Below, in pieces: positions 1-9,988 of a stretch of DNA of 64,000 nt (positions within the stretch are counted from its first letter, which is position 1; each line of letters begins with the position of its first letter). Under the pieces are notes generated by a model, which was not told the origin of the DNA, ran no database searches, and saw nothing but the letters and a program-made list of their open reading frames with translations. The position numbers were made by a program, and so were the translations under genes. Source of the DNA: Gemmatales bacterium (GTDB taxonomy: Bacteria; Planctomycetota; Planctomycetia; Gemmatales; HRBIN36); the NCBI GenBank assembly GCA_041640595.1, contig JBEPZY010000001.1:1184001-1248000 (forward strand). The letters run 5' to 3'.

Positions 1-348
1 AGTGCGCAATGAATACATGGCGAGTGGCGCGGGGTAAGAGCGGATATACTTTTCGCCGACGAGTATGCTATGGCATCCTTCGAGAACGGAGTTAGAAATA
101 AAACCCCAGATAGCGACACCAGTAAACACATAAGGGGCATACTCGCCCAAGTTCGTTTCTACGAATATCTGACTAAAAACCAAGCACATGACCGTAGTAT
201 AAGCCAGGGGTTGCAGCAATGCCCAGGCAATTCCCAGAAACGACCGGCGATAACGCGCATCGAGATCCAGCTTGACCAAGGCCAGCCAGAAATAGCGGCG
301 TTTCCAGATTTCAGAGAGATAATGTGCGGTGTAAGAAAGGGCAGCCAT
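1..348 (-). CDS. wzm: ABC-2 type polysaccharide/O-antigen export permease (Wzm-like), 5' part; runs off the window edge
   Basis: Not in the ORF track; manual translation from ATG at 348: MAALSYTAHYLSEIWKRRYFWLALVKLDLDARYRRSFLGIAWALLQPL..., containing the typical 'DL..RYR.S.LG..W..L.PL' Wzm motif. Confidence 0.85.
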   Translation of the reverse strand, partial: MAALSYTAHYLSEIWKRRYFWLALVKLDLDARYRRSFLGIAWALLQPLAYTTVMCLVFSQIFVETNLGEYAPYVFTGVAIWGFISNSVLEGCHSILVGEKYIRSYPAPLAMYSLRT

Positions 349-523
349 AGAATGCGTCCCAGTGTGCTCCGGTTTCTATATCCACAATTGGCCGAATCCT
401 AGCAAAAGATGCAATGAGGCGGAAGGCCAGATTACAAGCATCCAGTGGCCAGCTCGAGGAACGCAGCAAATGTCGTTGTTACGGGGCCTGAACGATTGGT
501 GCCTGGCTGGCCGGTGGAAACGG

Positions 524-1192
524 TTACAGATACGGTTCATGGACCTCGCGGCTGCGAACAATGCGAGCGGGAAGACCGTAAGCGACGACCTGATCGGGCA
601 GGTCTTCGACCACCAGGGCCCCTGCTCCAACCACGGTGGCCTTACCAATTCGTCGTCCGTGAAGCACGCAAGCACCCAGGCAGATAGCAGCGTAGGCGCC
701 CACACAAACACCGCCGCCCAGACACGCATGAGGGCCCAGGCTGGCGAACTCGCCCAGTCGGCAGTCGTGATCCACCGAACAATGCGTGTTCAATATGCAC
801 CCCGGCCCAATCTCCGCACCGGCATTGACGATGGCTCCAGGCAAAACCACCGTACCGGTTCCCAGTCTGGCAAAAGGCGAGACCCAAGCCGTGGGATGCA
901 CCGCGCTGACAGGCTGCCAGTGCGGAAAACGTTGCAGTATCCGTTGCGTTAGTTGCCAGCGTTGCCAGTTGTCGCCGATACCGATCACAAAGCCATCAAT
1001 GCGAAATTGCTCCGCCAAACGCGGCAGGTCGGCGTCGTTTCCCAGTATCGGCACGCCCAAAAGCGAAGTGCCCGGTGCCAGCCGGGGATCAATGATGCCG
1101 GTAACCTGCACGCGATCCTCAGCGAGCAGCGTATCGAGCACGACCCGGGCGTGACCGCCGGCTCCGAAAAGCAAGACGTTGAGACGCGACAT
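524..1192 (-). CDS. NeuD/PglD-family sugar acetyltransferase (left-handed beta-helix)
   Basis: N-terminal 'LFGAGGHARVV', 'IGIGDN..R', hexapeptide repeats, 'SVDHDC', C-terminal 'YGLPAR'. Confidence 0.9.
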   Translation of the reverse strand: MSRLNVLLFGAGGHARVVLDTLLAEDRVQVTGIIDPRLAPGTSLLGVPILGNDADLPRLAEQFRIDGFVIGIGDNWQRWQLTQRILQRFPHWQPVSAVHPTAWVSPFARLGTGTVVLPGAIVNAGAEIGPGCILNTHCSVDHDCRLGEFASLGPHACLGGGVCVGAYAAICLGACVLHGRRIGKATVVGAGALVVEDLPDQVVAYGLPARIVRSREVHEPYL

Positions 1193-1456
1193 AGGATGGT
1201 CGCTGTATCAAGCCGGGAATGGTACCGTTCGGCCAAACAAGGGAGATACCAGAACCGGAAGTGTGCGCGAAGTCCAAATTTACCAGCTCCGCACGGACTC
1301 GCTTTGGGCTCCCGTGATCCGCATGGTGACGTCCAAAAACCCTCTTGCTGACCAGCCTGGCAGGGAAATTTCGTATTGCTCTTGACCTCGGGCCCGAGGC
1401 GGGTATGGCAAGGTTGATGGTTCCGGATATCGAACAGCCGAGAATTGGAGGGGCGC

Positions 1457-1942
1457 ATGCGCTGGCAAATCACGGCGGCACTGGTTCTAGGAATGGCCTT
1501 GGGCTGGTGCCTTGGTGGCGAGTGGTTCCGAGGCGGCAACGTGCGAGCCGGCAACGACCGCTGGCAGGAATTTGCTCTGGCCACCGGTGCCATTCTGGCC
1601 GGCCCGGTCGGACACGATCAGGATGGCGTCTGGCTGCTCGATTCCAAAAACGGCAAGCTCCTCGCTTCGGCTGTGAGCCGAACCACAGGCCGTATCTTAC
1701 CCTGGGCTGAAGTAGATCTTTCGCGGGAGTTCGGACTTGCCTCGCCTGCTCAGGGACAATTCCTCATGACTACCGGTCAGGTTGGCCGCGGAGCTTCCGT
1801 CTTATTCGTCGCCGAGGTCACCAGTGGTCGGCTGGCAGTTTATTCCATGAGCCTGGCGGAAGGACAAAATCCCGGCGTAGTCGTGCGCCGACACGACCTG
1901 GTGGCATTTCGTCCCGGCTCGGTGCGTAGCTCTCCTAACTGA
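1457..1942 (+). CDS. Secreted/membrane hypothetical protein, planctomycete type
   Basis: GGAGG before ATG 1457, signal-peptide-like N-terminus, 'DGVWLLD..GKL' and 'FLMTTG' segments. Confidence 0.7.
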   Translation: MRWQITAALVLGMALGWCLGGEWFRGGNVRAGNDRWQEFALATGAILAGPVGHDQDGVWLLDSKNGKLLASAVSRTTGRILPWAEVDLSREFGLASPAQGQFLMTTGQVGRGASVLFVAEVTSGRLAVYSMSLAEGQNPGVVVRRHDLVAFRPGSVRSSPN

Positions 1943-2141
1943 TTCCCTGTCGTGCGATTTCCTGCAACAGCTGCCGCGCCACTTTGTAGGCGTGGCGGAT
2001 GGTGACGGCACGAGCTTCGATTTGTTCTGGCGTGTAGTACCGGCCGGGCTCTGCTCGTGGAAGTCCGGCCAATTCGAGCACCAGGGGAAGCAAGGTTACG
2101 AATTCCCGAGCCCGTTGCTGTTGCAATTCCAGTTCAGTCAT
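1935..2141 (-). CDS. Small hypothetical protein (68 aa)
   Basis: AAGGAG RBS, natural helical composition, ends convergently with the preceding gene. Confidence 0.65.
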   Translation of the reverse strand: MTELELQQQRAREFVTLLPLVLELAGLPRAEPGRYYTPEQIEARAVTIRHAYKVARQLLQEIARQGIS

Positions 2142-2290
2142 GGCTAAGCTCCTTGGCGTGCCTGCCAGCGAATAACCTCACCGGTGGCCAAGCCGATTTT
2201 CGGGTTTGCCTGCTGCCAAACGCCTCGCTTTTTCTTAGCATACCCGAAAATGCGTCCGAGTAAAATAGCCAGGCTACTGGAGGATGCGCC

Positions 2291-2515
2291 ATGACTAGCC
2301 TTCCCGACCCTTCCAACCCCGCTCCACGATGCATCCACTTGTGCTGCAAGTCCATGCTCACCTACGGGGAACAATTCCAAGAAGACCCTGAATTTCAGGC
2401 CGGACTGGTGGATTTCTGGTGTGTGCTTACCGCACGATCCACGGGGCCAGACGGCGGTGACGTAAGCTGGCAGGCCTGCTGCGACCCAAACCGCACCTGT
2501 TACCGCGAATATTGA
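2291..2515 (+). CDS. Small Cys-rich hypothetical protein (74 aa)
   Basis: GGAGG RBS; pattern C.HL.CKSM...FWC..T....GPDG......CC.P.R.CY. Confidence 0.65.
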   Translation: MTSLPDPSNPAPRCIHLCCKSMLTYGEQFQEDPEFQAGLVDFWCVLTARSTGPDGGDVSWQACCDPNRTCYREY

Positions 2516-2746
2516 TGCAGGAAACCGCGGCAATCGCTGACGGCGTTCTATACTACTCAAGAGCCAAAGCGCTTCGTCCTGTTCCATCGGCAAACCGAAT
2601 ACTTCCCAACTTGGATGGACGCGTCCTGACCCACACAAAGCGGTGCAAGATAATATCTGCATCACTGGCACCCGACTGGAATTTCACGTCTTTTGGGCGC
2701 TGGAAAGTGATGAAGAAAATTTCGCCTCGCATCCTGGCGGATTAGC

Positions 2747-3859
2747 ATGCGACTACTTTGCCCCCACTGCCGCAAAGAAGTACAAGTTGGCGACCACCTT
2801 GCTGGGCAGGTTTCCACTTGCCCGCTGTGTCAGAAGCCATTCCGCGTGCCTGTGCCACCTTCGGCTTCGGCTGGGACGAGTCAAGCGGCCACCGCGCCCC
2901 CATCGGTCGCCCCTTCGACCTCCAGCGTACCGCCGCCCAGTGCGGGAGCGGCAGGCTGGGATACCGCAGCACGGGGAGTGGCACCGAGTCCAGGTGTCCC
3001 GACTTCCGCGCCGCCTGCCCCAGGCTACACGCCAACGTTTTCCCCTTCGACTGCAACGCCGCCTTACGTTCCTCCAATCTCGCCTCAGCCGCCGATAAGC
3101 AGTCCGTTAGGCGCTACGGGCCCGGCTGCGCCCTCGCTCCCGGTCTCCCCTGGCGTAGCTGCATCGCCCACGCTACCGCCCCCTGTGCCTTCTCCGGGCT
3201 ACTCGGACTCCATCCAGCTTCTAGTTCTTTCGCCTGTAAAATTGCAGTTCCTGCAATTTCTGGGAATGCTTCTGTTGGCAGTGCTTCTGTTTTTTCCCTG
3301 GCTTCGCGTGCCTCCCGGCACCGGGATTCTCTTCCAGCAAAACGGGTTTCAGCTAGCGTTTGGTCGCGGAACCGGCGAGCTAAAAGACAAAATCGAACCC
3401 GGCGTCTCGCCTTTGGGGATAATTTTTTTCTTTTTAGCCCTCTTCTCCGCGATCCTGAGCGGTCTTTTGCTATTAGCCGCGAAGCTGGACTGGCCGGAAT
3501 TAAGACCCTACCTGCGTTTCCGCCATTTGCTGACCGGCGGACTGATTTTGCTCCTTGCCACAATATTGTCGTTACAGGTTCTTATAGGCTTCCCCTTGAA
3601 TGCCGCCTGGACAGCAACTGCTAAGCTTTCCGATGAGGATGCGAAAAAAGTATATCAAGCCGTCGAAACCGCACAGGTTTCGTGGTTAGATGTATTAGCT
3701 CGTTCCGTAATTAAAAACCCGGAAGAGCATATAGGGTGGGGCTGGGGACTATACGGAACATGCCTGTTAGTGATTTTGCTCGTAGCTCTGGCACTGTTGG
3801 ATTTCTGGCAGCAGCGTCGCGGCAGTCCCCTTCCGCCTCGTCTATTATTAGAAAAATAA
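2747..3859 (+). CDS. Membrane protein with N-terminal zinc ribbon, Pro-rich linker and about four TM helices
   Basis: CPHC...CPLC, long P/S/A-rich stretch, hydrophobic C-terminal segments. Confidence 0.8.
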   Translation: MRLLCPHCRKEVQVGDHLAGQVSTCPLCQKPFRVPVPPSASAGTSQAATAPPSVAPSTSSVPPPSAGAAGWDTAARGVAPSPGVPTSAPPAPGYTPTFSPSTATPPYVPPISPQPPISSPLGATGPAAPSLPVSPGVAASPTLPPPVPSPGYSDSIQLLVLSPVKLQFLQFLGMLLLAVLLFFPWLRVPPGTGILFQQNGFQLAFGRGTGELKDKIEPGVSPLGIIFFFLALFSAILSGLLLLAAKLDWPELRPYLRFRHLLTGGLILLLATILSLQVLIGFPLNAAWTATAKLSDEDAKKVYQAVETAQVSWLDVLARSVIKNPEEHIGWGWGLYGTCLLVILLVALALLDFWQQRRGSPLPPRLLLEK

Positions 3860-4416
3860 GTTCCCGCATGAACGCAGGCTTACCCAATGGCTCGACGTTT
3901 GACATGTCCCGATCGGCAAGCTAAGTTTCAGCGGGCGCACCGACACTCGCGGACAAAGTCAGGCTAGGCTCTGTCACGCATTCGGCAGCGTTATGTTATA
4001 ACTTTATAGCCACAGGGCTGTCGTGAGGAAATCGAATTGGGGCAATCCAGGAGGCTGGGAGGCCATGCGCTACATGATCACGGATGAAATGTGGGTGGTT
4101 ATCGAGGAATGTTTGGCCCAAGCGAAGATAGAAAAACGGGGCCGACCCGCAGAGATTTCCGACCGCAAGTTCCTCGAGGCCTTGCTCTCCTTGCTCTACG
4201 TGGCGCGAACGGGGATTCCCCGACGGGATTTGCCCAGGGAATTTGGGAAATGGGATGCGATTTACAACCGGTATCGCCGCTGGCTCAAAAACGGTACGCT
4301 GCAGAGGCTGTTTGAGTTGCTCACTGCCCACCCAGAGTTAGCGGCCATCAGACGCATCCTGATAGATGCCACGAATGTGCGAGCCCATCGGTGCGCGGCA
4401 GGGGCACCGAAAAAAG

Positions 4417-4517
4417 GGTCTGCCTCCGAGCAGGGTCCGCGTGGGAGTCGGCAGTTGTAAGTGGTCGGACAAGCGAAGTTCCGGTCTGCCTCCGAACAGG
4501 GTCTTGGTCGGAGTCGG
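4417..4517 (+). repeat. 35-bp imperfect direct repeat x2 with a 31-bp unique insert (period 66)
   Basis: GGTCTGCCTCCGAGCAGGGTCCGCGTGGGAGTCGG (4417-4451) and GGTCTGCCTCCGAACAGGGTCTTGGTCGGAGTCGG (4483-4517). Confidence 0.9.
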
Positions 4518-4681
4518 GGTGGATTCTCGACGAAGATGGTGCTCACTGCCCTAGATGAGAACACACCGGTGGCCGTAGAGCTGTTACCTGGTCAGGTGCA
4601 TGAAGCAACGCAGGTCGAGAAGATGCTTGATGCGAGCCAAGCACGTCTTCCTCAGATTGAGGAAGCGGTGGTGGATAAGGG

Positions 4682-4848
4682 GTTTGACGGTGAGCCACAG
4701 CGGGCAGCTATGGTCGCTCTTGCATGCATTGTTGGCCCCCCTGTGCGGAGTTTGACGGTGAGCCTCAGCGGCAAGCGATGTTGTGAGTTCGCCTGCGCCT
4801 CCGGGTCGTTGTCCGCGTTTGACGGTGAGCCACAGCGGCAAACCATGG
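4682..4848 (+). repeat. ~32-bp imperfect direct repeat x3 with two 36-bp inserts (periods 68, 67)
   Basis: GTTTGACGGTGAGCC(A/T)CAGCGG... starting at 4682, 4750 and 4817. Confidence 0.92.
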
Positions 4849-5087
4849 CAAGTCGGAACATCCGGCCGGTGATTCCCTATCGAGCCAATCGGCAAAAAGG
4901 GGGGGCGACTAAACCGGAAGGCGTATGCGGAGCGTAACAAGATAGAACGGCTGATTGGCAAGTTGAAAGAGTTTCGTCGCATCGCCACACGATATGACAA
5001 GTTGAAAGAGACATTTCTTGGCATCATTCAACTGGCTCTCGCATACATTTGCCTAAAAGCTAAGTTAATCGTCAACAGAGCCTAATT

Positions 5088-5594
5088 ATGACAGCATTAG
5101 CGACTGGATTTTCTCTAAGCACGGCAACAAGCCTGACGCTGGTTACGGGATACTGGCCAGGTTCCGGTCTGGGAGGCGTGCTGGTGTTTGCAGTGAGCTT
5201 TGCTGCATTCTGGGGATTCAGTATGTTAGTTGGGGCGCTGAGCCGGAGCAGTGCTGCCGTGCTGGTTGCGAATGTCCTATTGTGGTTGGTAAGCTACGCG
5301 GTGAACGTTTCGCACTTATGCCAGACCTCGTATCCGAGCGAGCACATCACTGCTTCAGTTTTGGCCCGGCTACCTTACTGGTGCTTGCCGAAACCGGCCG
5401 ACTTGTTGATACTGTTGAGCGACCTCATCGGTGCAGGCCAACATTTCGCCAGCTTCCCGGAACTACTGGATTCCCGAAACGTGGCTGAGTTTAACCCATG
5501 GTGGAGCGTTGGAAGCAGTTTAGGCTTCGGTCTGACCATGGCTGTCCTGGCCGGCTGGGAGTTACGCCGGGCGGAAACAGAAGTCTTTTCATAA
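5088..5594 (+). pseudogene. C-terminal part of an ABC-2-type permease, probably 5'-truncated at the IS
   Basis: Multi-TM ORF with 'YWCLPKPADL'; starts a few bp after the right IS end with no RBS. Confidence 0.55.
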
Positions 5595-5652
5595 GTTGCC
5601 ACTTCAGCAAGCCTTATGAAAACAGGAAAAAAGGAAACATTTTTACGCGGCT

Positions 5653-5684
5653 ATACTTGACGAAAAAGTAAACGTTCCTAGAAT
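5653..5684 (+). promoter_or_regulatory. sigma70-like promoter of the suf operon overlapped by an IscR/Rrf2-like operator
   Basis: TTGACG (5657-5662), 16 bp, TAGAAT (5679-5684); ATACTTGACGAAAAAGTAAACGT resembles IscR type-1 sites. Confidence 0.55.
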
Positions 5685-5711
5685 ACTGGCAGCCACGAAC
5701 GGTAGCTGACC

Positions 5712-6287
5712 ATGAAAATTTCCGCCCAGGAAGAGTATGGCTTGCGGTGTCTTTTGCAGCTAGCGGTCGCTCCGGATCACACCCGGACGATCGCCGAAAT
5801 AGCTGCCGCGGAGGGTCTGTCGCAACCGTACGTCGCGAAACTGCTGGCGGTGTTGCGTCAGGAAGGGCTGGTGGAAAGCGTGCGTGGTCGGACTGGCGGC
5901 TACCGGCTCACGGAGCGACCCGAAAAAATTCAGCTTGGTCGGGTGCTGCGGGCTCTAGGCCAGCCACTATACGATGAGCCGGACTACTGCCGCCGGCACG
6001 CCGGCACAGAAACCGAGGGCAGCTGTGTTCACAGCCTGCAGGCCTGCAGTCTGCGAGCCTTGTGGCAGACTTTGGAGACCTGGCTCCGCCACGCCCTGGA
6101 TCAGCTGCACTTGAGCGATCTGTTGCAGTCACCCTGTGATTTAGCTCAGCGACTCAGGCAACGCCTGGAACAAGCGATCCAGGAACTACCCGCGGCTACG
6201 GAATCGTCCCTGATTTCCGGCATTGACACCACTAAATTGCAAAGACGCCCTGCGGAACTTAGTCATGCCTGGCCTGCGGACTCCTAA
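5712..6287 (+). CDS. Rrf2-family transcriptional regulator (IscR-like) heading the suf operon
   Basis: '[11 protein letters not shown]', '[15 protein letters not shown]', three Cys in the C-terminal half. Confidence 0.92.
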   Translation: MKISAQEEYGLRCLLQLAVAPDHTRTIAEIAAAEGLSQPYVAKLLAVLRQEGLVESVRGRTGGYRLTERPEKIQLGRVLRALGQPLYDEPDYCRRHAGTETEGSCVHSLQACSLRALWQTLETWLRHALDQLHLSDLLQSPCDLAQRLRQRLEQAIQELPAATESSLISGIDTTKLQRRPAELSHAWPADS

Positions 6288-6382
6288 ACACTCTAATTAG
6301 TCTCGTTAAGCAAGCGCGGAACAATCAGCTTTTCCCCTTAGCATCCCGAATTCATGCGAGCCTGAACAAACGGAGATTCGCT

Positions 6383-7831
6383 ATGCCGACGGATACAGCA
6401 ACGATTGCCCAGCTCACTCAGCGCGAATACGAGTGGGGCTTTTATACTGACATTGAAGAGGAGAAAGTCCCTAAGGGACTTAACGAGGATATTATTCGCA
6501 CCATTTCTCGACTCAAAGGCGAGCCGGATTGGTTGTTAGAATGGCGTCTCAAAGCATATCGGCACTGGTTGACGATGGAAGAACCGAGGTGGTGGCCCCA
6601 CATCCAATACAGTCGCATTGATTATCAGGATATCCACTATTACGCAGCACCGAAGCGACGTAAACCGCTGGCCAGCTTAGACGAAGTGGACCCGGAAATC
6701 CGCCGTACTTTTGAAAAACTAGGCATCCCACTCGAGGAGCAAAAACGCTTAGCCGGGGTTGCAGTGGATGCGGTTTTCGATAGCGTCTCCGTGGCTACCA
6801 CCTACAAAGAAAAGCTCAAGCAATTGGGCATTATCTTTTGTTCCTTCTCCGAAGCCGTAAGGGAGTACCCGGACTTGGTGCGACAGTATCTCGGTTCCGT
6901 GGTTCCTTATAACGACAACTTTTTCGCTGCCTTGAATTCTGCCGTATTCAGCGACGGATCATTTGTTTATGTTCCTCCGGGAGTGCGATGCCCTATGGAA
7001 CTTTCGACCTATTTCCGGATCAATGCACGGGAAACCGGTCAGTTCGAGCGTACCTTGATTATTGCGGATCGCGGCAGCTATGTGAGCTACCTCGAAGGTT
7101 GCACTGCTCCGATGCGAGATGAGAACCAGTTGCACGCGGCGGTGGTAGAACTTATTGCGCTCGACGAAGCCGAAATCAAGTATTCCACAGTGCAGAACTG
7201 GTATCCGGGTGATAAAGAGGGGCGCGGCGGGATTTACAACTTCGTCACCAAACGCGGTGCATGTCGAGGACGTCGCTCGAAAATCTCCTGGACGCAGGTC
7301 GAAACCGGTTCGGCAATCACCTGGAAATATCCGAGTGTCATCCTTCAAGGAGATGAATCCGTAGGCGAATTCTATTCCGTAGCCGTTACCAATAACTATC
7401 AACAGGCCGACACCGGTACGAAGATGATTCATATCGGTAAGCATACACGCAGCACAATCGTTTCAAAAGGTATTAGCGCGGGGCATGGGCAAAATACCTA
7501 TCGAGGCTTGGTCAAGGTGATGAAAGGGGCGGCGTATGCCCGCAATTATTCCCAGTGCGATTCCCTGCTCATCGGGGACAAATGCGGCGCCCACACCATG
7601 CCCTATATCGAGGTTCGCAATTCGACAGCCCGTGTCGAGCATGAGGCCTCGACCTCGAAAATTGGGGAAGACCAGATCTTCTATTGTCGCCAGCGGGGCC
7701 TTTCAACTGAAGACGCCGTAAACATGATCGTCAACGGATTTTGCAAACAGGTGCTCTTGAATTTGCCTATGGAATTTGCAGTGGAAGCCCAAAAGTTGCT
7801 GGGAATCAGTTTGGAAGGAAGTGTCGGCTAA
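6383..7831 (+). CDS. sufB: Fe-S cluster assembly protein SufB
   Basis: '[10 protein letters not shown]', '[14 protein letters not shown]', 'YLEGCTAP', 'LPMEFAVEA...SLEGSVG'. Confidence 0.98.
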   Translation: MPTDTATIAQLTQREYEWGFYTDIEEEKVPKGLNEDIIRTISRLKGEPDWLLEWRLKAYRHWLTMEEPRWWPHIQYSRIDYQDIHYYAAPKRRKPLASLDEVDPEIRRTFEKLGIPLEEQKRLAGVAVDAVFDSVSVATTYKEKLKQLGIIFCSFSEAVREYPDLVRQYLGSVVPYNDNFFAALNSAVFSDGSFVYVPPGVRCPMELSTYFRINARETGQFERTLIIADRGSYVSYLEGCTAPMRDENQLHAAVVELIALDEAEIKYSTVQNWYPGDKEGRGGIYNFVTKRGACRGRRSKISWTQVETGSAITWKYPSVILQGDESVGEFYSVAVTNNYQQADTGTKMIHIGKHTRSTIVSKGISAGHGQNTYRGLVKVMKGAAYARNYSQCDSLLIGDKCGAHTMPYIEVRNSTARVEHEASTSKIGEDQIFYCRQRGLSTEDAVNMIVNGFCKQVLLNLPMEFAVEAQKLLGISLEGSVG

Positions 7832-7864
7832 AAATCAATGTGTAAATAGTGCGAGGAGCTAAAG

Positions 7865-8635
7865 ATGCAACCCATGCTAGAAATCCGTGATCTCCATGTG
7901 CAGGTGGAGGGAAAAGAAATCCTCAAGGGGGTAAATTTAGTACTGCCCGTTGGCCAGGTACATGCGATAATGGGGCCGAACGGCTCCGGTAAGAGCACCC
8001 TGGCTGCTGTATTAGCGGGGCGAGAGGATTATGAAGTTACTCAGGGGGAAATCCTCTATCAAGGGCGATCGCTACTGGAACTTGACCCCGAAGAACGTGC
8101 CCGGGAGGGAGTTTTCCTGGCGTTCCAATATCCGGTAGAAATACCCGGTGTAACAAATATGTATTTCCTCCGGGCTGCGGTTAATGCGATTCGTAAGCAT
8201 CGCGGCCTGCCGGAACTTGATGCTATGGACTTTCTCCAGCTGGTACGCGAAAAGTTGCGTCTTCTGCGCATGGACGAATCCCTCTTGAAACGCTCCGTTA
8301 ATGAGGGATTCAGCGGTGGCGAAAAGAAACGCAACGAAATTTTGCAGATGGCGATATTAGAGCCGAAACTCTGCATCATGGACGAAACCGATTCCGGTCT
8401 TGATATAGATGCTTTACGTGTCGTAGCCGATGGTGTTAATTCTCTTCGTTCGCCAGAGCGTAGCATACTGGTGATCACGCATTATCAACGCCTGCTCAAC
8501 TATATCATTCCCGATCAGGTACATGTATTAGTAGATGGCCGAATCGTTCGCAGTGGTCCCAAAGAACTGGCTCTGGAACTGGAAGCAAAAGGTTATGGCT
8601 GGCTAGAACAGCAGCTGGCAACGAGCAAACTCTAG
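7865..8635 (+). CDS. sufC: Fe-S cluster assembly ATPase SufC
   Basis: 'GPNGSGKST', '[13 protein letters not shown]', '[13 protein letters not shown]', '[12 protein letters not shown]'. Confidence 0.98.
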   Translation: MQPMLEIRDLHVQVEGKEILKGVNLVLPVGQVHAIMGPNGSGKSTLAAVLAGREDYEVTQGEILYQGRSLLELDPEERAREGVFLAFQYPVEIPGVTNMYFLRAAVNAIRKHRGLPELDAMDFLQLVREKLRLLRMDESLLKRSVNEGFSGGEKKRNEILQMAILEPKLCIMDETDSGLDIDALRVVADGVNSLRSPERSILVITHYQRLLNYIIPDQVHVLVDGRIVRSGPKELALELEAKGYGWLEQQLATSKL

Positions 8636-8659
8636 CAAATCACTAATAATGGGTGCGCT

Positions 8660-9988
8660 ATGCTGAAGACACGCGGGCCAGGAAGTAAAATCACCCAGCA
8701 ATGGTCGGCTTTCTTGAGAGGTCAGCCGACACAAGAACCTCGTTTCGTCGTAGCCGCCAGGCAAGCGGCAGAAGCTGCTTTTTCAGAACTTGGCTATCCA
8801 CTGCGTAGAAATGAAGACTGGAAGTACACCAACGTCGCCGCCGTTGCCCAGACCGCATGGCAACCAGCACCACCGGCACAACTGGTGCGCCAGTTTGATT
8901 GGGAAGCAGTTCGGGTCATCATCGCCAACGGTCGCGTACTTGATGTACACGTACCGCCTGCCTCGGCCAATAAACTTCGCATTATGAACTGGCATGACGC
9001 ATCTCAAAAGCATGTCGATTTCCTGGAAAGCCATTGGAATCGGACAGCACGCTGGTCTCAGCATGCCTTTGCCGCGCTTAATGCTATGCTTTTCGAGGAT
9101 GCGGTTATAGTGCATGTGCTGCCGAATCAAGACCTTGATTTGCCGGTGCATATAGAAATATATCAGCAAGCAAATGAGCAACTGGAACCACAGGCGGTGT
9201 TTCCCCGCATCCTGTTCGTTCTGGGGCAAGGAAGCCGTGCCAGTCTGGTCGAGAGCTACAGTGGCGGTTCTGAGCGGTGTTTCACCTGCGGAGTGGTAGA
9301 ACTTATCCTGGAGCGCGGCGCTCACCTTAGTTACTATAAGGTTCAGCAGGAGCACCCAAATAGCATTCATATCGTTCAAGCCTATGCGCGATTGGCACAG
9401 CAGGCAGAATTACAAGCTTACATTGTTTCCCTCGGTGGAGGACTGGTGCGAAACGAGTGTGATGTAAGGCTGGAAGGCGAATACGGTTCTTGCACTTTGA
9501 ATGGCCTTTATTTAGCGCGGGGCAAGCAACATATTGACAACCATACCGAAATCGAACATCTGGCACCCGCCTGTACCAGTTACGAATTGTATAAGGGGAT
9601 ACTTAGCGAACGAGGTCACGGCGTTTTTCAGGGCAAGATTTACGTACATCCGGGAGCTCAAAAAACCGATGCCAAGCAGACGAATCAGGCCCTGTTGCTT
9701 TCCGACGACGCCGAAGTGGACTCTAAGCCTCAATTAGAAATCTACGCCGATGACGTTCGCTGCACTCATGGAGCGACAGTCGGCCAGTTAGACGAACAAC
9801 AGCTCTTTTACCTGCAGACCCGGGGGATCGGCAGGGAACAGGCACGAAGCCTGCTGATTTATGCTTTTGCCGAAGACATCGTCTCTCGGATTCAAGTCGA
9901 GCCGGTGCGTCTCCAGCTCGAGGACCTCCTCCTGGCCGAGGAAGGCTTGCCGCTGGAGCGCGAACTCAGGAGATTGTCGCTGCCATGA
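8660..9988 (+). CDS. sufD: Fe-S cluster assembly protein SufD
   Basis: 'EDWKYT', 'KPQLEIYADDVRCTHGATVGQLD', 'LFYLQTRGI'. Confidence 0.97.
   Translation: MLKTRGPGSKITQQWSAFLRGQPTQEPRFVVAARQAAEAAFSELGYPLRRNEDWKYTNVAAVAQTAWQPAPPAQLVRQFDWEAVRVIIANGRVLDVHVPPASANKLRIMNWHDASQKHVDFLESHWNRTARWSQHAFAALNAMLFEDAVIVHVLPNQDLDLPVHIEIYQQANEQLEPQAVFPRILFVLGQGSRASLVESYSGGSERCFTCGVVELILERGAHLSYYKVQQEHPNSIHIVQAYARLAQQAELQAYIVSLGGGLVRNECDVRLEGEYGSCTLNGLYLARGKQHIDNHTEIEHLAPACTSYELYKGILSERGHGVFQGKIYVHPGAQKTDAKQTNQALLLSDDAEVDSKPQLEIYADDVRCTHGATVGQLDEQQLFYLQTRGIGREQARSLLIYAFAEDIVSRIQVEPVRLQLEDLLLAEEGLPLERELRRLSLP

Larger units (their letters stand above)
4066..5060 (+). pseudogene. IS5-family transposase, disrupted
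   Basis: 'LYVARTGIP.RDLP.EFGKW..IYNRYRRW...G', 'IDATNVRAHRCAAGA', A6G slippery site at 4410-4416, 'LGRSRGGFSTK', 'VDKGFD', 'RNKIERLIGKLKEFRRIATRYDK'; internal insertions plus an extra frameshift near 4895-4905. End coordinate approximate. Confidence 0.88.
3967..5082 (+). mobile_element. IS5-family insertion sequence (IS427-like, two-frame transposase), degenerate
   Basis: Terminal inverted repeats GGCTCTGT (3967-3974) / ACAGAGCC (5075-5082), each flanked by TA; encloses transposase fragments. Confidence 0.88.

Noticed and set aside
70..952. Plus-strand ORFs 70-402 and 362-952
   Set aside because: Antisense to wzm and the acetyltransferase
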